Shown here in pieces: positions 30,777 to 51,381 of a DNA stretch of 64,000 bases; the first letter of the stretch is position 1; every line of letters begins with the position of its first letter. Origin of the DNA: Chrysomallon squamiferum (Eukaryota > Animalia > Mollusca); contig CM022673.1 in NCBI GenBank assembly GCA_012295275.1, positions 15,500,001 through 15,564,000 of the forward strand, read 5' to 3'. Both the position numbers and the translations under genes were made by a program. The notes beneath the pieces were generated by a model. That model saw only the letters and a list, made by a program, of their open reading frames with translations. It was not told where the DNA came from and did no database searches.

Positions 30777-31053
30777 ATGTTCATATACCTGACTACTGCA
30801 TTACTGTTCTTGTTTGTGTGTAATGCACAAGACAATGTTTCTACTGGTAAATACTACATCGGCTTCAAATTCAAATATCTCTGCTTTCTTTTCTATCGTT
30901 CTGTCTGTCTGTTCAGATTAGTTTCTCTTTAAACTGTCGGACTGATGTTGTTTCAGTATCCATCTGTCTGTATATGTGTCTGGCTGTTTGTCTGTCTGTC
31001 TACTGTTTGCCTATCTATTCGTGTATAATAAGTTTTGTGTATATTTGTGTTGT

Positions 31054-31128
<75 letters not shown>

Positions 31129-31511
31129 CGACAGAGAGAAAGTAGTAAAGTGATATATTTGATAGTGTGAATATAGTAACAAAACAGCATTCATCTGAAC
31201 ATGTTCTTGTTGTTCTTTTATAGTTTGTTTTGTTTTTGTTTTTCCCTTGTCCAGACATGTGTTACTCTAGAAGAAACGGTGTGGCTGTCTACAATGGAAT
31301 TGTTAATATAACACGTGGAGGACTAACGTGTCAAAGATGGGACATGCAGTGGCCACACAGACATGACTTTAACGATCCGGAACATTTCCCGGAAAGGACC
31401 ATGAAAGAAGCAGCAAATTCCTGCCGTGATCCCATTGGCCTTGGCACTCCGTGGTGCTATGTGTATTCCAACAGATTAAGATGGGATGTGTGCGACATTA
31501 AAGAATGTTAA
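30777..31511 (+). CDS. Secreted single-kringle mini-protein, 108 aa; CDS join(30777..30846,31255..31511)
   Basis: cacag|ATG MFIYLTTALLFLFVCNAQDNVST, phase-1 intron GTAAAT..ccag, then DMCYSRRNGVAVYNGIVNITRGGLTCQRWDMQWPHRHDFNDPEHFPERTMKEAANSCRDPIGLGTPWCYVYSNRLRWDVCDIKEC* with six kringle Cys. 327 nt, open. Confidence 0.88.
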
Positions 31512-31601
31512 AGTTAATTTCCCTTCAACCGCTACTATTTTACTATCTTCAGTTTTGACTAAATGGTTATATTCTAACTCGTTATCTAACCGTTGCCAGT
31601 A

Positions 31602-31680
<79 letters not shown>

Positions 31681-31893
31681 TTCTTTTTGCAGATTACTTT
31701 TGCTGTTGTTGTTGTTGTTGTTGTTAATGTTGTTGTTCTTGCTGTTGTTGTTATTATTATTATTTTAAATTTTAAATAATATATCTCCTTTCATATATTT
31801 CAGGTGAGGCATAAACATAAACAAATTTATTCTCTATTTTTTGTTTGTCGTTTTGTTGTTTTCCTGGTGTTGCTATTATTATTATTATTATTT

Positions 31894-31952
<59 letters not shown>

Positions 31953-32549
31953 TTAACATTATTATTTGTTTCTTTTTGTCGTTGTTCCTATTGTTGTTTC
32001 CATCATCTTGAATTATAATTTTTTAACAGCTATTATTCATTTTTATTTCTACTATAAGTAAAAGGCTAAAAAGACTGAGTCACCAGTAACTCGAGTGCTC
32101 CGCGTTTTCGTGCTTGATTCACAGTTATTTTAAATTTCCGGAGATAATTTGCCAAAGTAAATTTATTATATTATACTAAATTATAATTTTTAGCTTTCCC
32201 TCTTTCTTTTCTCCAGTCTATTTGGATCTGTCTGTTTTAATAGCTTTTGAGAATGTTCACCGAATAAAAAACAAAGAGCTGATTTTCAGTAATATGTTTA
32301 TTGATAAACAATACATACAAGCTATTTCATAAAAACGTAGTTGTCAGAAAATGTTTTACACCTTTATGAAAAATTAATTATATAATACACTATAGTAATT
32401 CAGTTTGTTTTAATTAACATCTACATATCTGTGACGAAGATATAATTGTTGAAATTTAATATACCAAACCAGATTTTTCAGAAATAGATTAAATGTAGTC
32501 TTGTGCTTTTTAACTAGATTCTTTTACATTTTATTTATTTATTTATTTA

Positions 32550-32614
<65 letters not shown>

Positions 32615-32965
32615 TAATTTAAATTAAATAACTAAAACATAGACTTCCCGTTGTTAGTAACTTTAAAAAACACAAAAATATGATGAGAAGGTTTTATTAA
32701 TTATAAACCATCAGTTTACCAAACAGTGTTAAGGCAATAAGTAAACACTTTAAGTCTTGTATGTATAATATTTTAATCCAGAGTTCCATACAATTGGATA
32801 TAGCAAATTCCGCTTGTATGTTGTTTAATTAATTCCAGAAATGAAAAATTCTGAAACAAAAAAGAAGAAGAAAAATAGAGATAATTTAATTCATATTAAT
32901 TTAGACAAATAATGGTTTATAATTATTTTACATAAAGCTGAAAGATAAAATAAATACATTAACAA

Positions 32966-33001
<36 letters not shown>

Positions 33002-33815
33002 GAAATAGTACCAGTAGTAACATCTGTAGTAGTAGCAGTAGCAGTGGCAGTAGTTCTAACAGTTGTTTATCAGTAATAGCAGTAGTAGTAGTAGTTGTTG
33101 TTGTTATTGTTGTTGTTGTTGTTGTTCTATTAGACGCAATGGTAGCAGTAATAGTCTTAAAAAGTAATAAGATTAGTAGTAGTAGTAGTAATAATACAGT
33201 AGTTGTAGTAGTAGTAGTAGTAGTAGTAGTAGTAATAGTAGAAAATGCCGCATCATAGAAGGATCTTTCCTAAACAATAGCTAACTAACTCTTCATCTTA
33301 ACATTAAAATAATTATCAAGTAAATTACAGATAGATGGATGATAAAGGATCAGAAACATTATATTTTAGTATACTCTGTATTTTTAATGGACAACATTTC
33401 ATAACAACATGGGTTGCGCTTCCTCTGCTCAGATGGGCCATAACTGGGGATAAATAAAACCAAATAAACACAGAAGATAAGCAAGAATGAACGGAAATGT
33501 TTTTACTCATGCTTCTCCTAATTTTAACACACATACACGCACACACGCACACATACACACACATACACAGAGAGATCCACATACATAATAACAATTGTCT
33601 TACAAGCAAAAGCTAGGCAAATCATAAACAATACTGGGAAAAAAAAAACAATAAAACAAAACAACTGATGAAGTTTAAAACGAATAATAATAATAATAAC
33701 AACAATAACAACAACAATTAAAAAGTTCAGAATTATACAGTTAAATTCAAACCTCGAAAAGAAGTAAAGAGAAGTAAAAGTTGTAAATTTCACCTCAGTT
33801 CTATTTCTTGGATGT

Positions 33816-40447
<6,632 letters not shown>

Positions 40448-40667
40448 CCTCTTCAATGGTTGACCTGAAAAAAATATTATCATCACCATCATCATGATCA
40501 TCGTCATTAGTTTTTAAGATCTAAAATAATTTTGATACCAACTGCATAAATATTGTTATGCACAGATTATGTTTAAAACTGTTTTTAGAATCAAATAATT
40601 GCCACTAATTATATTTCAACTCTAAAGTTTTGCAAATTGAATTTGAAACATATTATTTTAAAGTTTT

Positions 40668-40737
<70 letters not shown>

Positions 40738-40879
40738 CTTGTTTGTTGCACATAAACACATAAAATAAAAAACATAAATAAAAAGTAAATAAAGTCTCGT
40801 ACATACAAACATACGCACGTACACAAACGCATAGATACACACATGTACACATATAATTACAAAATAGATTCACACACAC

Positions 40880-40915
<36 letters not shown>

Positions 40916-40968
40916 TGAACACACACACATCTGAAATAAACAGTTAATTATTCTCTGATATTACTTAC

Positions 40969-41100
40969 TGTAGACAACCAACAATAACTCCTCTCACTTA
41001 CACACGCATCAGAGTTGGCTTTTCAGACCGTCTGGAAACTACGAGTCTTTGAAATTATATCAACCATTCTGTCAGACGCATTCTAATTAATAATCAGCAA
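40969..41100 (-). other. Candidate 5'UTR exon of the calcitonin-type gene
   Basis: Consensus donor ca|GTAAGT at 40968 (minus), about 500 nt upstream of the acceptor tttttcag| at 40465. The first coding exon has only 17 nt of UTR, so an upstream exon is required. The 5' end is unknown. Confidence 0.45.
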
Positions 41101-42055
41101 ATATTACCGTTTTCGTTATTTCCTAAGTGACAAAAAGAAAAGTGGGAGGGAATGGGATGGAAACGTATTCATATCGACATCGAATGGTTCATATTACAAT
41201 CTCACTCCCCGAGCGCAGACAATTTATGCAAATGCTTTATCGTAGAGGTTTTGTCCAAAACAGGAATCATTAATAAATCGTCAGTAACAGTCAACTGGCC
41301 GGGCTACAGCTGTTGACATCTGTGTTATTCTTTCAAGTGGACACATGAGAAATTTACTGCAAATTCTCTAAGACGTAAGGGTTTTCATAATTACGGACTG
41401 ACAGACGATCGATTTATCTTGTGGGTCAGTGAGAGATTCTCACAGATGTTTGAATTCGTGTTCATTTTTTTTTTTTTTCTTTTCTTTTTTTTTTTTTCTT
41501 TCTTTTTAATAAATCAAGTTTTTGTTTCATATTTTGTTAACTTTTAGGAAGAAAGCAATAAATAATACAGCTTTATGATATGAGAACGAGAAAGAAAACG
41601 TTAACTTAAATTATTCAGTAATTGTTGGAAGACAGAAAGTTAAATATGGAAATATGAAACATTTAGATATTTTGTTAAGGGTTGGGGAATTGCTTGCTAA
41701 CATCACACACAAACAAATAGTCTGAAAACTTCACTGTTATTTCTCGAGTTTAGCGACTTCAGTAAAGATAATTTCAGCTTGTAAAATATCCCATAATATA
41801 CCCTCGTAATAATCATCCACTGAACGGATAATCTTTAGCATTCGATAAAGAAAAAAAAAGGAATAAAAAAAAAGAACATAGCACGCATAGATAAGCTCGT
41901 CATCAGAAATGAAATTCAGTAACGTATTAGCGTTCAGTTAGTGAGTAAATACAAAACAAAACCTCACCACAAAAACCCTCCGCAAAAATAACAAAACCAA
42001 CCAAAAAGTAAGGCATAAATTAAAGCGTTTCACTGTTGACTGTAGAATGTTTTGG

Positions 42056-42086
<31 letters not shown>

Positions 42087-42571
42087 CATACATAGTCCTT
42101 AATTCATTCTTTATTCGTGTTTTCCATCTCCATTATCCCCAAACTTTCTTGTTTCTCTTCTTATTTTTATATCTACTGTTCTCTGTTGTCGTTACGTCTT
42201 CCCTCACCAGAAGTATCCCCACAAGCTTAACCAAATTTTGCGACTGGACTGAAGGAATATGTTTTGATCGTTACGTCATTTCTTCTTCTCATTTAAAGAT
42301 TTCAACTAACAGTCTGTGTTATAAAGAGAAATGAAGTACAGAATGTGAAATCTTAAACTTAACTTAGCTAATTCTGTCGGCAGATCTCACAAGTAGCGAA
42401 GAAGGAAGAACAAGGAAATATCTTATTTAATGAGCACTTTTTTTTAAAGTCAACTGTTATATAACAATAAGTGTAACTATGTTTAAGGAAACCATTCACT
42501 GAATGCGTTGAATTTGGATGTATACAAGTCGGGTCATATATATATATATATATATAGATGCACATGCATGG

Positions 42572-42613
<42 letters not shown>

Positions 42614-42893
42614 TTTCCTGGTTTAGTCAAATTAGATTTGAAATCTAATGAAACAAGGAATGCAAAACACGTTAAAATACACAAAGACATTTAAGAACTG
42701 GCAGAAACAGGGGGTGTAATTGCGACAACTAAATTCTTTCAGCATTCTTACGCTTACATAAACACAGTTTGTGAAACAAAATGTCATTCAGCAGAAAACT
42801 ACAATTTGGATGTTAATTTATATATTCTATTAAACAAAGAAACATGACAAAGGAATAGAAGTAAACAGTGATATGATCAAAACAGTTTTGTGC

Positions 42894-42927
<34 letters not shown>

Positions 42928-43305
42928 GTCTGTGTGTGATTTGTTTTGTGCTTTTTTTAATGTTTTATTATTAATATGTTTTTCTTTTCTTTCTGTCTGT
43001 CTCTGTTTTTCTCTGTTTTTCTCTCATTTATTTATTTTTACTATTTATTTATTTTGTTGTTGTTTTCATTCATTGTCAGTTATTTTAGTATTTAGAAAGT
43101 AATGAAGTAGCGACCCCAAAAGTATACAATGTTCACAATAAAGGAAAAAAAGGCAATTACTTAAGTTTACATTTTTGTCTTAGCTAGACGAGCTTTCTTT
43201 CTCATTATAAACCAAACATATTCCACGCTGTTTGAGCATTTTGAGTTAACAGTATCTTAGTCTTCACAAATTTTCTAACACACGATTTCCATTCTTTTTA
43301 TGACG

Positions 43306-43336
<31 letters not shown>

Positions 43337-43653
43337 TTGTATGTATATATGTATGTATAAATGTATGAATGCATGTTTGTATGTAAATATGTTTGTATAT
43401 ATATATATATATGAATGCACACACACACAGATAGGTATAATCACGTCTAATATGTCACTGCTATTATATAGCATGCTAAGGGTAAGTAGACTTGAAAATG
43501 AGGCGCAGCTGCATGCAAGAGCGGTAATCTGTCATGTTCCTGACGTCACAGAGGTCACAAACTTAGGTCAGTGAAGCTGAAGGTGCAGATTACACACAGA
43601 ATCAATAGTAATAATCAATGAATCAGTCAAATTTTAAAATTATGTAACTATGA

Positions 43654-43924
43654 TGGGGCGGATCCAGCTTTTCTGATGAGGTGGGGCCATGACAAAAAGG
43701 GCACAATAACATTATAAAAGTCACTCCTGAAAAATTACACACGATTCACATGGAACATAATATAATAATAGTTACAATAGGGCAGACGTATTCCATTGTG
43801 TTCTACATATTGACAGAAAATGCCAATATTTTGTTAAAAACCTAAAAATGCTAAATAAAAGGGGCAATTATCAAATTTGAGGGGGGTCCAGAAATCTTGG
43901 ACCCCTCCCACTAGATGCGCTCCA
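43654..43924. mobile_element. MITE relic with GGCGGATCCAG-type terminal inverted repeats
   Basis: Left tggggcggatccag versus right ctagatgcgctcca (11/14 inverted match). Subterminal hairpin ggggtcca-gaaatct-tggacccc. Confidence 0.6.
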
Positions 43925-45207
43925 GGTATGTATATACAAAGAAGAAAAAGAAAACACAGAACCTTCAGATGCTCTTTTTTCTTTTTCTTTTTTACGTTTT
44001 TCATCTTTTTTTTTTTTTTTTTTTCTTACATTTTACTTGCAAAAGAACAAATATATGTAAAATATAACGTATTTCGGAACGAATTTAATTAAATGTTAGT
44101 CACAACAAAAAAAAAAAAGAGAAAAAAAAAGACATGTTTTGTTTCTCACTGCAAACGAGGAACTGTAGACAGCATTGACCTACAAAGTGCAAGAAGAAAG
44201 TGGAGAGAATGAGATTACCTTTGTACGCATGAAAGGTAATGTAGTTTTTGCCAACGTCCGCCTCACTTAATAAAATTTCCACATTAAATGGCCGTCGAAT
44301 GAAAAGTAATTTTGTAACAAGATTCTTAGTTTTTGCAAGAATACTGATTTTTGCATGAAGGAAAAAAAATAGGAATAGCTTTCCTATTTCTTGTTTCAAA
44401 TTAGACGTATGTTTGTTATATGAGATAAACATAATGAAAAAAGGCGGAGATTGTATTAATGACGATGTGCAACTTTTCCGTGATTTAGAATTAGAAATGA
44501 ACTCCACGTTTCCGTAATAGAAACTTTTTTTCTTTCGTTCTTTCATGTTGTGCGTGTGTATGTTTTGTGGTTATTGTTGCTCTTGTTTTTATTTAAATCA
44601 CATACATACAACAAACACGCAAACAAACACAAAATGGAATCTTACTTAAGAAATGTTGTTACCAATTCAGTAAATCACAAAAAAAAAAATAATGTACTAC
44701 ATATATTAATCATATAAAGGTCACTAAATACATAAACCAAACAAATCTTCATCAGCATAATAATTATAATATTATGTTAATGGGCAGCACGTAGGTGTTA
44801 AACACTAATGCAATTTTAATTCATTTAACTGCTGTTGTTTTTATCAGGATAATTTCCTTTGCGGAATTTTGAACGTGTTAGAAGAATGGCAGAGTTTTGG
44901 CCACATGAGTGTTGGTTTTGTTTATATTTACTTCATGTATATTTGATTTCTATTGTACGTTAGGTATTTATTCATAATATTTTCATGGCTATTATTGATT
45001 AACGGATTTGTTCACACTTTGAACAACAGTACATGCAAATAATACATGCGACCAGGGCTGTCTATAGTTTACAACAATAATGGTAGGAGAGAAGAAATTC
45101 TGCCTTATACCTATTTACTATTAAAAATAATTATAAAAAGAGTAAAAAGAATCGGAAAAACAATAACAGAAACAAATTTCAGTGAAAAGTAAAAAATTGT
45201 CATAGTT

Positions 45208-45243
<36 letters not shown>

Positions 45244-45821
45244 ATAATTATTACTATTATAATTATTATTGGTGGTGTTGTTGTTGTTGTTGTTGTTGCT
45301 TTTGTTGTTCTTACAAAAATGCGGTTAGATAAAAAGAAAATGTACAAATCTTTCAAAAGTGTATAATTTGGATTTTAACAGAAGCAACGTTACGAATCCA
45401 AAATTACAATTATTTGCTCACGGCATGTTAAAATATACAATTTTCCTCAGTTCTGAAACTTTTTATAACATAAAATTATCAAAACACACTTTTTATTAAA
45501 TTCATATTTCCTGATCTAAAAAAGATAATAAAAGAATATATAAAGAAAGAAAAAAAAAAAAAAAAAAAAACATGATCATGTCGCAGAAGGTTTCTGAATT
45601 AAATGATTAAAAGTAATTTGTTTAATGTTACGATAGAATTATGTCAGTTATTTTAGATTATGTCCCAATACGACATTTTCAACTTGTCATTTGCAATGTT
45701 TGTCATTTAAGACAAACTGGGGTTGTTGTTTTTTTTGGGGGGGTTGGGGGGAGTTCTTTTGTTATGTTAAAAGTATGCTCATAAAATATTTAACAAGTTT
45801 TTTAATCCTTATACTCTGATG

Positions 45822-45924
45822 TAATAAAGCACTTGTTGTGTATTATCCTGTCTGCGAGATAGTACATATATAAAACACATTGCTGCTAATTGGAAAGTGT
45901 AGTACACAAAGAGGCGACGAAGAG

Positions 45925-45928
<4 letters not shown>
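45822..45928 (+). mobile_element. SINE central-domain fragment (Meta/MESC-like core)
   Basis: tatcctgtctgcgagatagtacatatataaaacacattgctgctaattggaaagtgtagtac resembles the conserved mollusc SINE core tatcctgtctgtgggatggtgcatataaaagatcccttgctgctaat (recalled, not searched). It also matches the reverse-strand copies in this window. Confidence 0.65.
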
Positions 45929-45978
<50 letters not shown>

Positions 45979-47209
45979 CATCATCATCATCATTATCGTC
46001 ATAATCATCATTATTGTTATTATCATATTATGATTATTATTATTATTTTCATCTTCATCATCATCATCTTAATACGATCATCATCATCATCATCAACATG
46101 ACTAATAATAATACTAATTATGGCAGTGGGAATATAACTGATTTAATGTATTCACCAAGTTGCGGTTTTAATATATTTGCTGAGATTATTCATAACTAAG
46201 CTGTGTTAATGATACGTTGATTCATATCAATGAAGACAGCAGATGAAGTCAGAGAAATGTCGTTTCCGTAGAAATGTTCATAAAATCTTAAAATGTACGA
46301 CCTTTGATAACCTAAGTGATTTGCCAATTCTCCATGAAGCTATCCGTTTCCGTTCCGAATTAGCTGCTGTCACAGTCCTGTTCTTCGTCATATGTATATA
46401 CGAGGCGGTTAATAAATCCTAATACGTAACACATGAAGGGGAAACTAAGAAAAAGTGGCTTACGACGCTGAAATAATTTTATGACTCGCGTGTCATGATA
46501 CTGCAAGATTTTATGGCACCCACGAGAGGTCTCAAATGTTGCCATGAATGAGTCAGAAAGGAAAAAGTGTAACACAGAGCCGTCTAATTTTATGTAAATG
46601 TAAGAATGTATTTCATACATACATAGATACATATATAAAAGCATACAAACACACATAGATAGACACACACATATATATTATATATACATATCAATACATA
46701 TATACGTGCATACATACATGCGTATATACATATACAACAGATATACATACGTAATCAAGAACCCATTCACGCACAGCTAAACAAATTTTAAAATAATTAA
46801 CACTAAATAGAAATATATTTACTTTAATCGTGTTGTAAAATACGCAAAACGTAAATTATATTAACTTGGTGCGACAACACGCCATAGAGCACTGGAAGGA
46901 ATATGAAATTTGCGTGTACTCCATACGAGAAATAACACAGAAAGACATCGATATTTTGTTAAATTACACATCACCGGTTGTCAGTGAATGGAAATATCTG
47001 AAATGAAGATGGAAAGTTGCTTTCCCATTAATTAGAAGAGGAACCAGGTGCAGATTAGTTAGTGGTCATTTGGGAACGATCGTGTCAATTAAATACATGC
47101 GTAAATGAACGTTACTTCTAGGAAACGCGGTCAAACAAAACAATTCATTTAAGTCCAACTGAACATTACTATCTTTCACTTGTTTTGGGGCTTTTTTTCT
47201 TTTTTTTTG

Positions 47210-47271
<62 letters not shown>

Positions 47272-48045
47272 AGTTTTCTATTTCTCTTATTTTCTTACTT
47301 TCCATTTCACTCTTTTTCTTTCTTTCCTTTCAGTTTCTCTTTCTCTTTCATTTTCTCTATTTTCTCAGTGTTATTTCGCTCTCTTTCTTTCTCTCTTACT
47401 TTCTGTTCCTCTTTCTTGTTCTCTTACTTTACCTCTCTTTCTCTTTCTCTCTTTAATTCTATCTCTCTCGTTTCTCTAAATAAGCCTATGTTAAAACATT
47501 AATATATTTTAGTTTTCTTTAGTTACTTATTTTGAAATAACTATTTTTGATTTTCGTTCGTTATTTAAATTTCGAATAAAAGATTAAAACAACAGTCTAA
47601 TTATTATTAATATTTTTGTCGGGGTCTTTTTTTCTTTTTTATTTTTTTTCTTTTGGTTGTTGTTGTAATACCGTTCTAAAACAAACCATGGTTGCAGTAC
47701 TGCCAGTTTTTAACAATGACAATGTCAATGAAATTTATTCACATAAATCGTAGGATTAATAAGTATAAAGAAAATATGGTGCAGATATATAATAACAAAC
47801 TAAAATTCACAAGAGGTATTTGGTCGAAGATATCTGCATTTATCGACAACAGAACCAAACTGTACACTCAGTAGCTTTTAATTTAACAGCAAGACTTTTG
47901 GTTTCCTGTTTTTCTCCCTGTGGTCACTTCGGATCGTAAACGAAGCGAAGATGACCTTCGCTGAAAAATATCCCAGTTATAGAATAATGGAAAATGCTAA
48001 CAATAACGGTACAGGTTAATTTACATTGTTTATCGTATACGAGTA

Positions 48046-48123
48046 AAATTAACGAACGAACGAACGAACGAACGAACAGATAGTAACATCTGTTCGTTCG
48101 TTCATTCGTTCGTTCGTTAATTT
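48046..48123. repeat. Palindrome of (AACG)6 microsatellite: 36-bp arms, 6-nt loop
   Basis: aaatt(aacg)6aacagat-agtaac-atctgtt(cgtt)2catt(cgtt)3aattt, with one mismatch. Confidence 0.92.
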
Positions 48124-48254
48124 CTTCGTTTCTTCGTTTTGTAGGACAGAGATGGAGTACAGCTTTGTATTTTTCTTTTTATTTCTGTTTAATCAACACA
48201 TATCAAAATTATCCATCATTGTTTAAAATGAGAAAACAGATCATGCGATGTCTT

Positions 48255-48378
48255 ATTTTACAGATTGGCAGTAAGGAATCAGTTGATGCCAGACAGGAAA
48301 TAGTCCGTAATTAATTTAACTGTAATAAAACGAACGATCTGCCCGGCCTAGGGCGGTCGTTCCACCACAAGACTAACA
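48255..48378 (-). mobile_element. Degenerate SINE copy
   Basis: Reverse complement contains gattccttactgccaatc and tttcctgtctgg (core), plus a tRNA-like head gttagtcttgtggtggaacgaccgcc. Confidence 0.5.
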
Positions 48379-48669
48379 CTGTACTTTCAACACTGTACGA
48401 GCAGCCTGGTGAAATGTCGTTTCCTTTCAACCCTGTCATTTGATTTCTAACTGCCGTGTTTATGATACGCAGGCCGAGAAGCAAGTATCAAAATACATGT
48501 CATGTCATTCTGTTGTATCAGCGTTTCATTACTTTATTAGCGATCTAGCGATTTCCCATCATTCGCCGTTAACTAACTTAGATGAAACAGATGGTTCTAA
48601 ATAACTTTAAATCATAAACATGTAAAAAGGCAGATTTAAAAGTGAATATTGTCTTAGTATTTCTGCATT

Positions 48670-48711
<42 letters not shown>

Positions 48712-48998
48712 AAGAATGGGAATCGTTCATTTCCAAAAATGTCTAGTATAGGCAAAAGTAAATATTAATAATTGCCCGAAGCAGGATTTTGTTAATGGGA
48801 TTAATATACGAATAGAAACTGATCATTTCTTACGCAATTAAAGTCAAATATTATAAATTATATATATCTGTATCTGTTTCTATCTATCTAAATATGTATG
48901 TATGTATGTATATAGATAGATAGATAGATACATACCTACATACATATTTAACTTTAATACACACACACACACATAGACACATGCGTACATACATATAC

Positions 48999-49061
<63 letters not shown>

Positions 49062-50075
49062 TATATATTTGTCTATTTTCGAAATATTATTGTGTTCATA
49101 TAAGTCTCTAAAATTATTGCGTTCTACTTTCACACCTATTATCGTGAGTTCCACAAGAAAGCGCGAACTGATCCATTCGTTAATAAATTTCATTCCCTGT
49201 GAATCACAAGCTATCACCAGATTTACAACACAGAATGTCAACAAGCTGATTTTGTTTACAGTCTTTCAATTCAACAAAATTCCGTGCCACTTTCAACAGG
49301 TTTCGATCAGTGAGGAACAAGTTGATCGACATTTTTAGTAGAAAGGAAGATGTCAGAATTCTGACTTGTATATAAATTATTATTATGGTAATCAGAAGTT
49401 GATCTTGTAAAAAAAAAAAAAAACAGCCGTATATTAATGATTAATAATTAATTGCATGCAGTCACACTTACAGACACCCTAACACACATATGCACGCTAT
49501 CACACATAGACACTAACACACACATTACTAACACACAATCACACACTCAACACTAACAGTACAGGTACAAACTCAAAACACACACACACACACACACATA
49601 CACAAATAAACACACAAAAATACGAACACACACATACTCTCACACGCGCTATCATTCTTTTAATAATCGAGTTTACTGAGTATCCACATTATTATATAAA
49701 CGAAATTAGTAAGCGATTCACAAATTACATAATACAACAACATCTGTTAAAAAGCTTTAAAACTGTACGTTTCTCAACCAGTCGTCAAATAAAAACTACA
49801 TTCAAAAACAAAACAAAAATATGATTATTATTATTATTATGAATATTTCAAAATGTGACAGACCTCGGCTTTTTACAACCTACGCTGTCTTTATCTTACG
49901 AATAATAAGCTGTTCTTTTTTTTTTTTTTTTTTTTTTTTTCTCTTTTCTTGCACCATAAATATTAGTTTGCATTGAAACTTTTAACCATTTAGGGGCAAA
50001 AATATCTTCATTTTAAAACCATACATAAGAGAGAAATAATAACAATTTTCATTTTTTTAAACTTATTTTATTCAT

Positions 50076-50110
<35 letters not shown>

Positions 50111-50197
50111 CTTACTTATTTTTAGTTAAAATATGTAACATCAGTGGAGGAGAATGAGAGACAGAATATCTTTAAAAATCAGTAATAATAATAATAA

Positions 50198-50228
<31 letters not shown>

Positions 50229-50649
50229 AAGAAAAACGATGACAGAATGCACAAACACTATTTTAAAAAGATCCTCAAAAAGTTAAAAACATAAAATTTG
50301 TGGGGAAAAAGTTTAAATAAAAAACTGAGAAATATTGATGAAAAAGACAAGATAACAATATTGCACATTCTTTGATATTACAGTATGCAGCTGGATTCGT
50401 GCCAGTAGGCAGTTATCTATAAATGAGAAATTGTGATCATAATCATAATATAAAAAATACATCAAATGACAGAAAATTCCTGAGAACAAAGCGTTGACGC
50501 ATATTGTACAGGAGGTGATGAAGACGATATCATTGTTGATTAAAACGTTCTCTGAAGTTCTTTCTTGATAATTAATTAAAAGTCAAAAAGCTCTTTTTTT
50601 CTCTCTCTACAGTGTCGAACATTAATCTGCATTAATATGTACTGTTAGA

Positions 50650-50800
50650 GCATGGTCCAGTAGGTTCGGCACTCGTCCGCGCCTTAATGAATCACAGAAT
50701 TTATCATCTTCAATTCTGCCAACAGATAATTTTTCCAGTTCCAGCCAATATTCCAAATTGTTGTAAATAAGGTAATAATATATATTGTCCTGTTGTGTGT
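50650..50800 (+). mobile_element. Degenerate SINE copy (head to core)
   Basis: catggtccagtaggttcggcactcg (A-box-like), tttccagttccagccaat and tattgtcctgttgtg occur in the order expected for the same family. Confidence 0.4.
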
Positions 50801-51216
50801 TATTCTGAACTGGCTGCAAGCACGTTTAACGTTAAACATTACATAACTAAAATATTCCTAATAAAGAGAAGGAACGTATGGACGATCGCTACTTGCTAAG
50901 AACAATTTTTTGTTTACTAGAGAGTTACCTGACTAGCACATCGTCCAATCAGTTCAACCTGTTAGAAGAAACAATATAATTTTAGTGACAGAATCAACTG
51001 TTCTTTAGATAAAACTTTGTAAATTGGACATTAGCATTTAGAGAGCAGCTCAGACTTTCATACAGACTAAATCTATGAGTCGTGATTTTCAAAAACACAA
51101 TGTTTCAGATGTATATGTCTCTTACAACTTCTACCACAACGACATAGCAATCGTGATTTACGCGAGTATTCTTCCATTGAACTAAACCTCGCCCCTAAAA
51201 GAATAATAAACAAATG

Positions 51217-51381
51217 GCTGACTGAATGGCTGTCTGACTGTCTGATTAACTAACTGTCCGAATGATGACTAGTTGTCTGACTGACTGACTGGCTAGCTGA
51301 CTGATTGACTGTCTGACTGACTGACTGACTGGCTAGCTGACTGATTGATTGACTGACTGACTAGCTGACTGACTGACTGAA
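51217..51381. repeat. Degenerate (CTGA)n tetranucleotide microsatellite
   Basis: Repeating gact/gatt/ggct units over about 165 bp. Confidence 0.85.

Noticed and set aside
31780-31810. tttcag|gtgagg recursive-splice-like site
   Set aside because: It lies downstream of the kringle gene stop and not within any demonstrable long intron.
50613-50772. Apparent plus-strand exon (strong acceptor ctctctacag, donor aag|gtaata)
   Set aside because: Stops in all three frames, and it overlaps a SINE relic.
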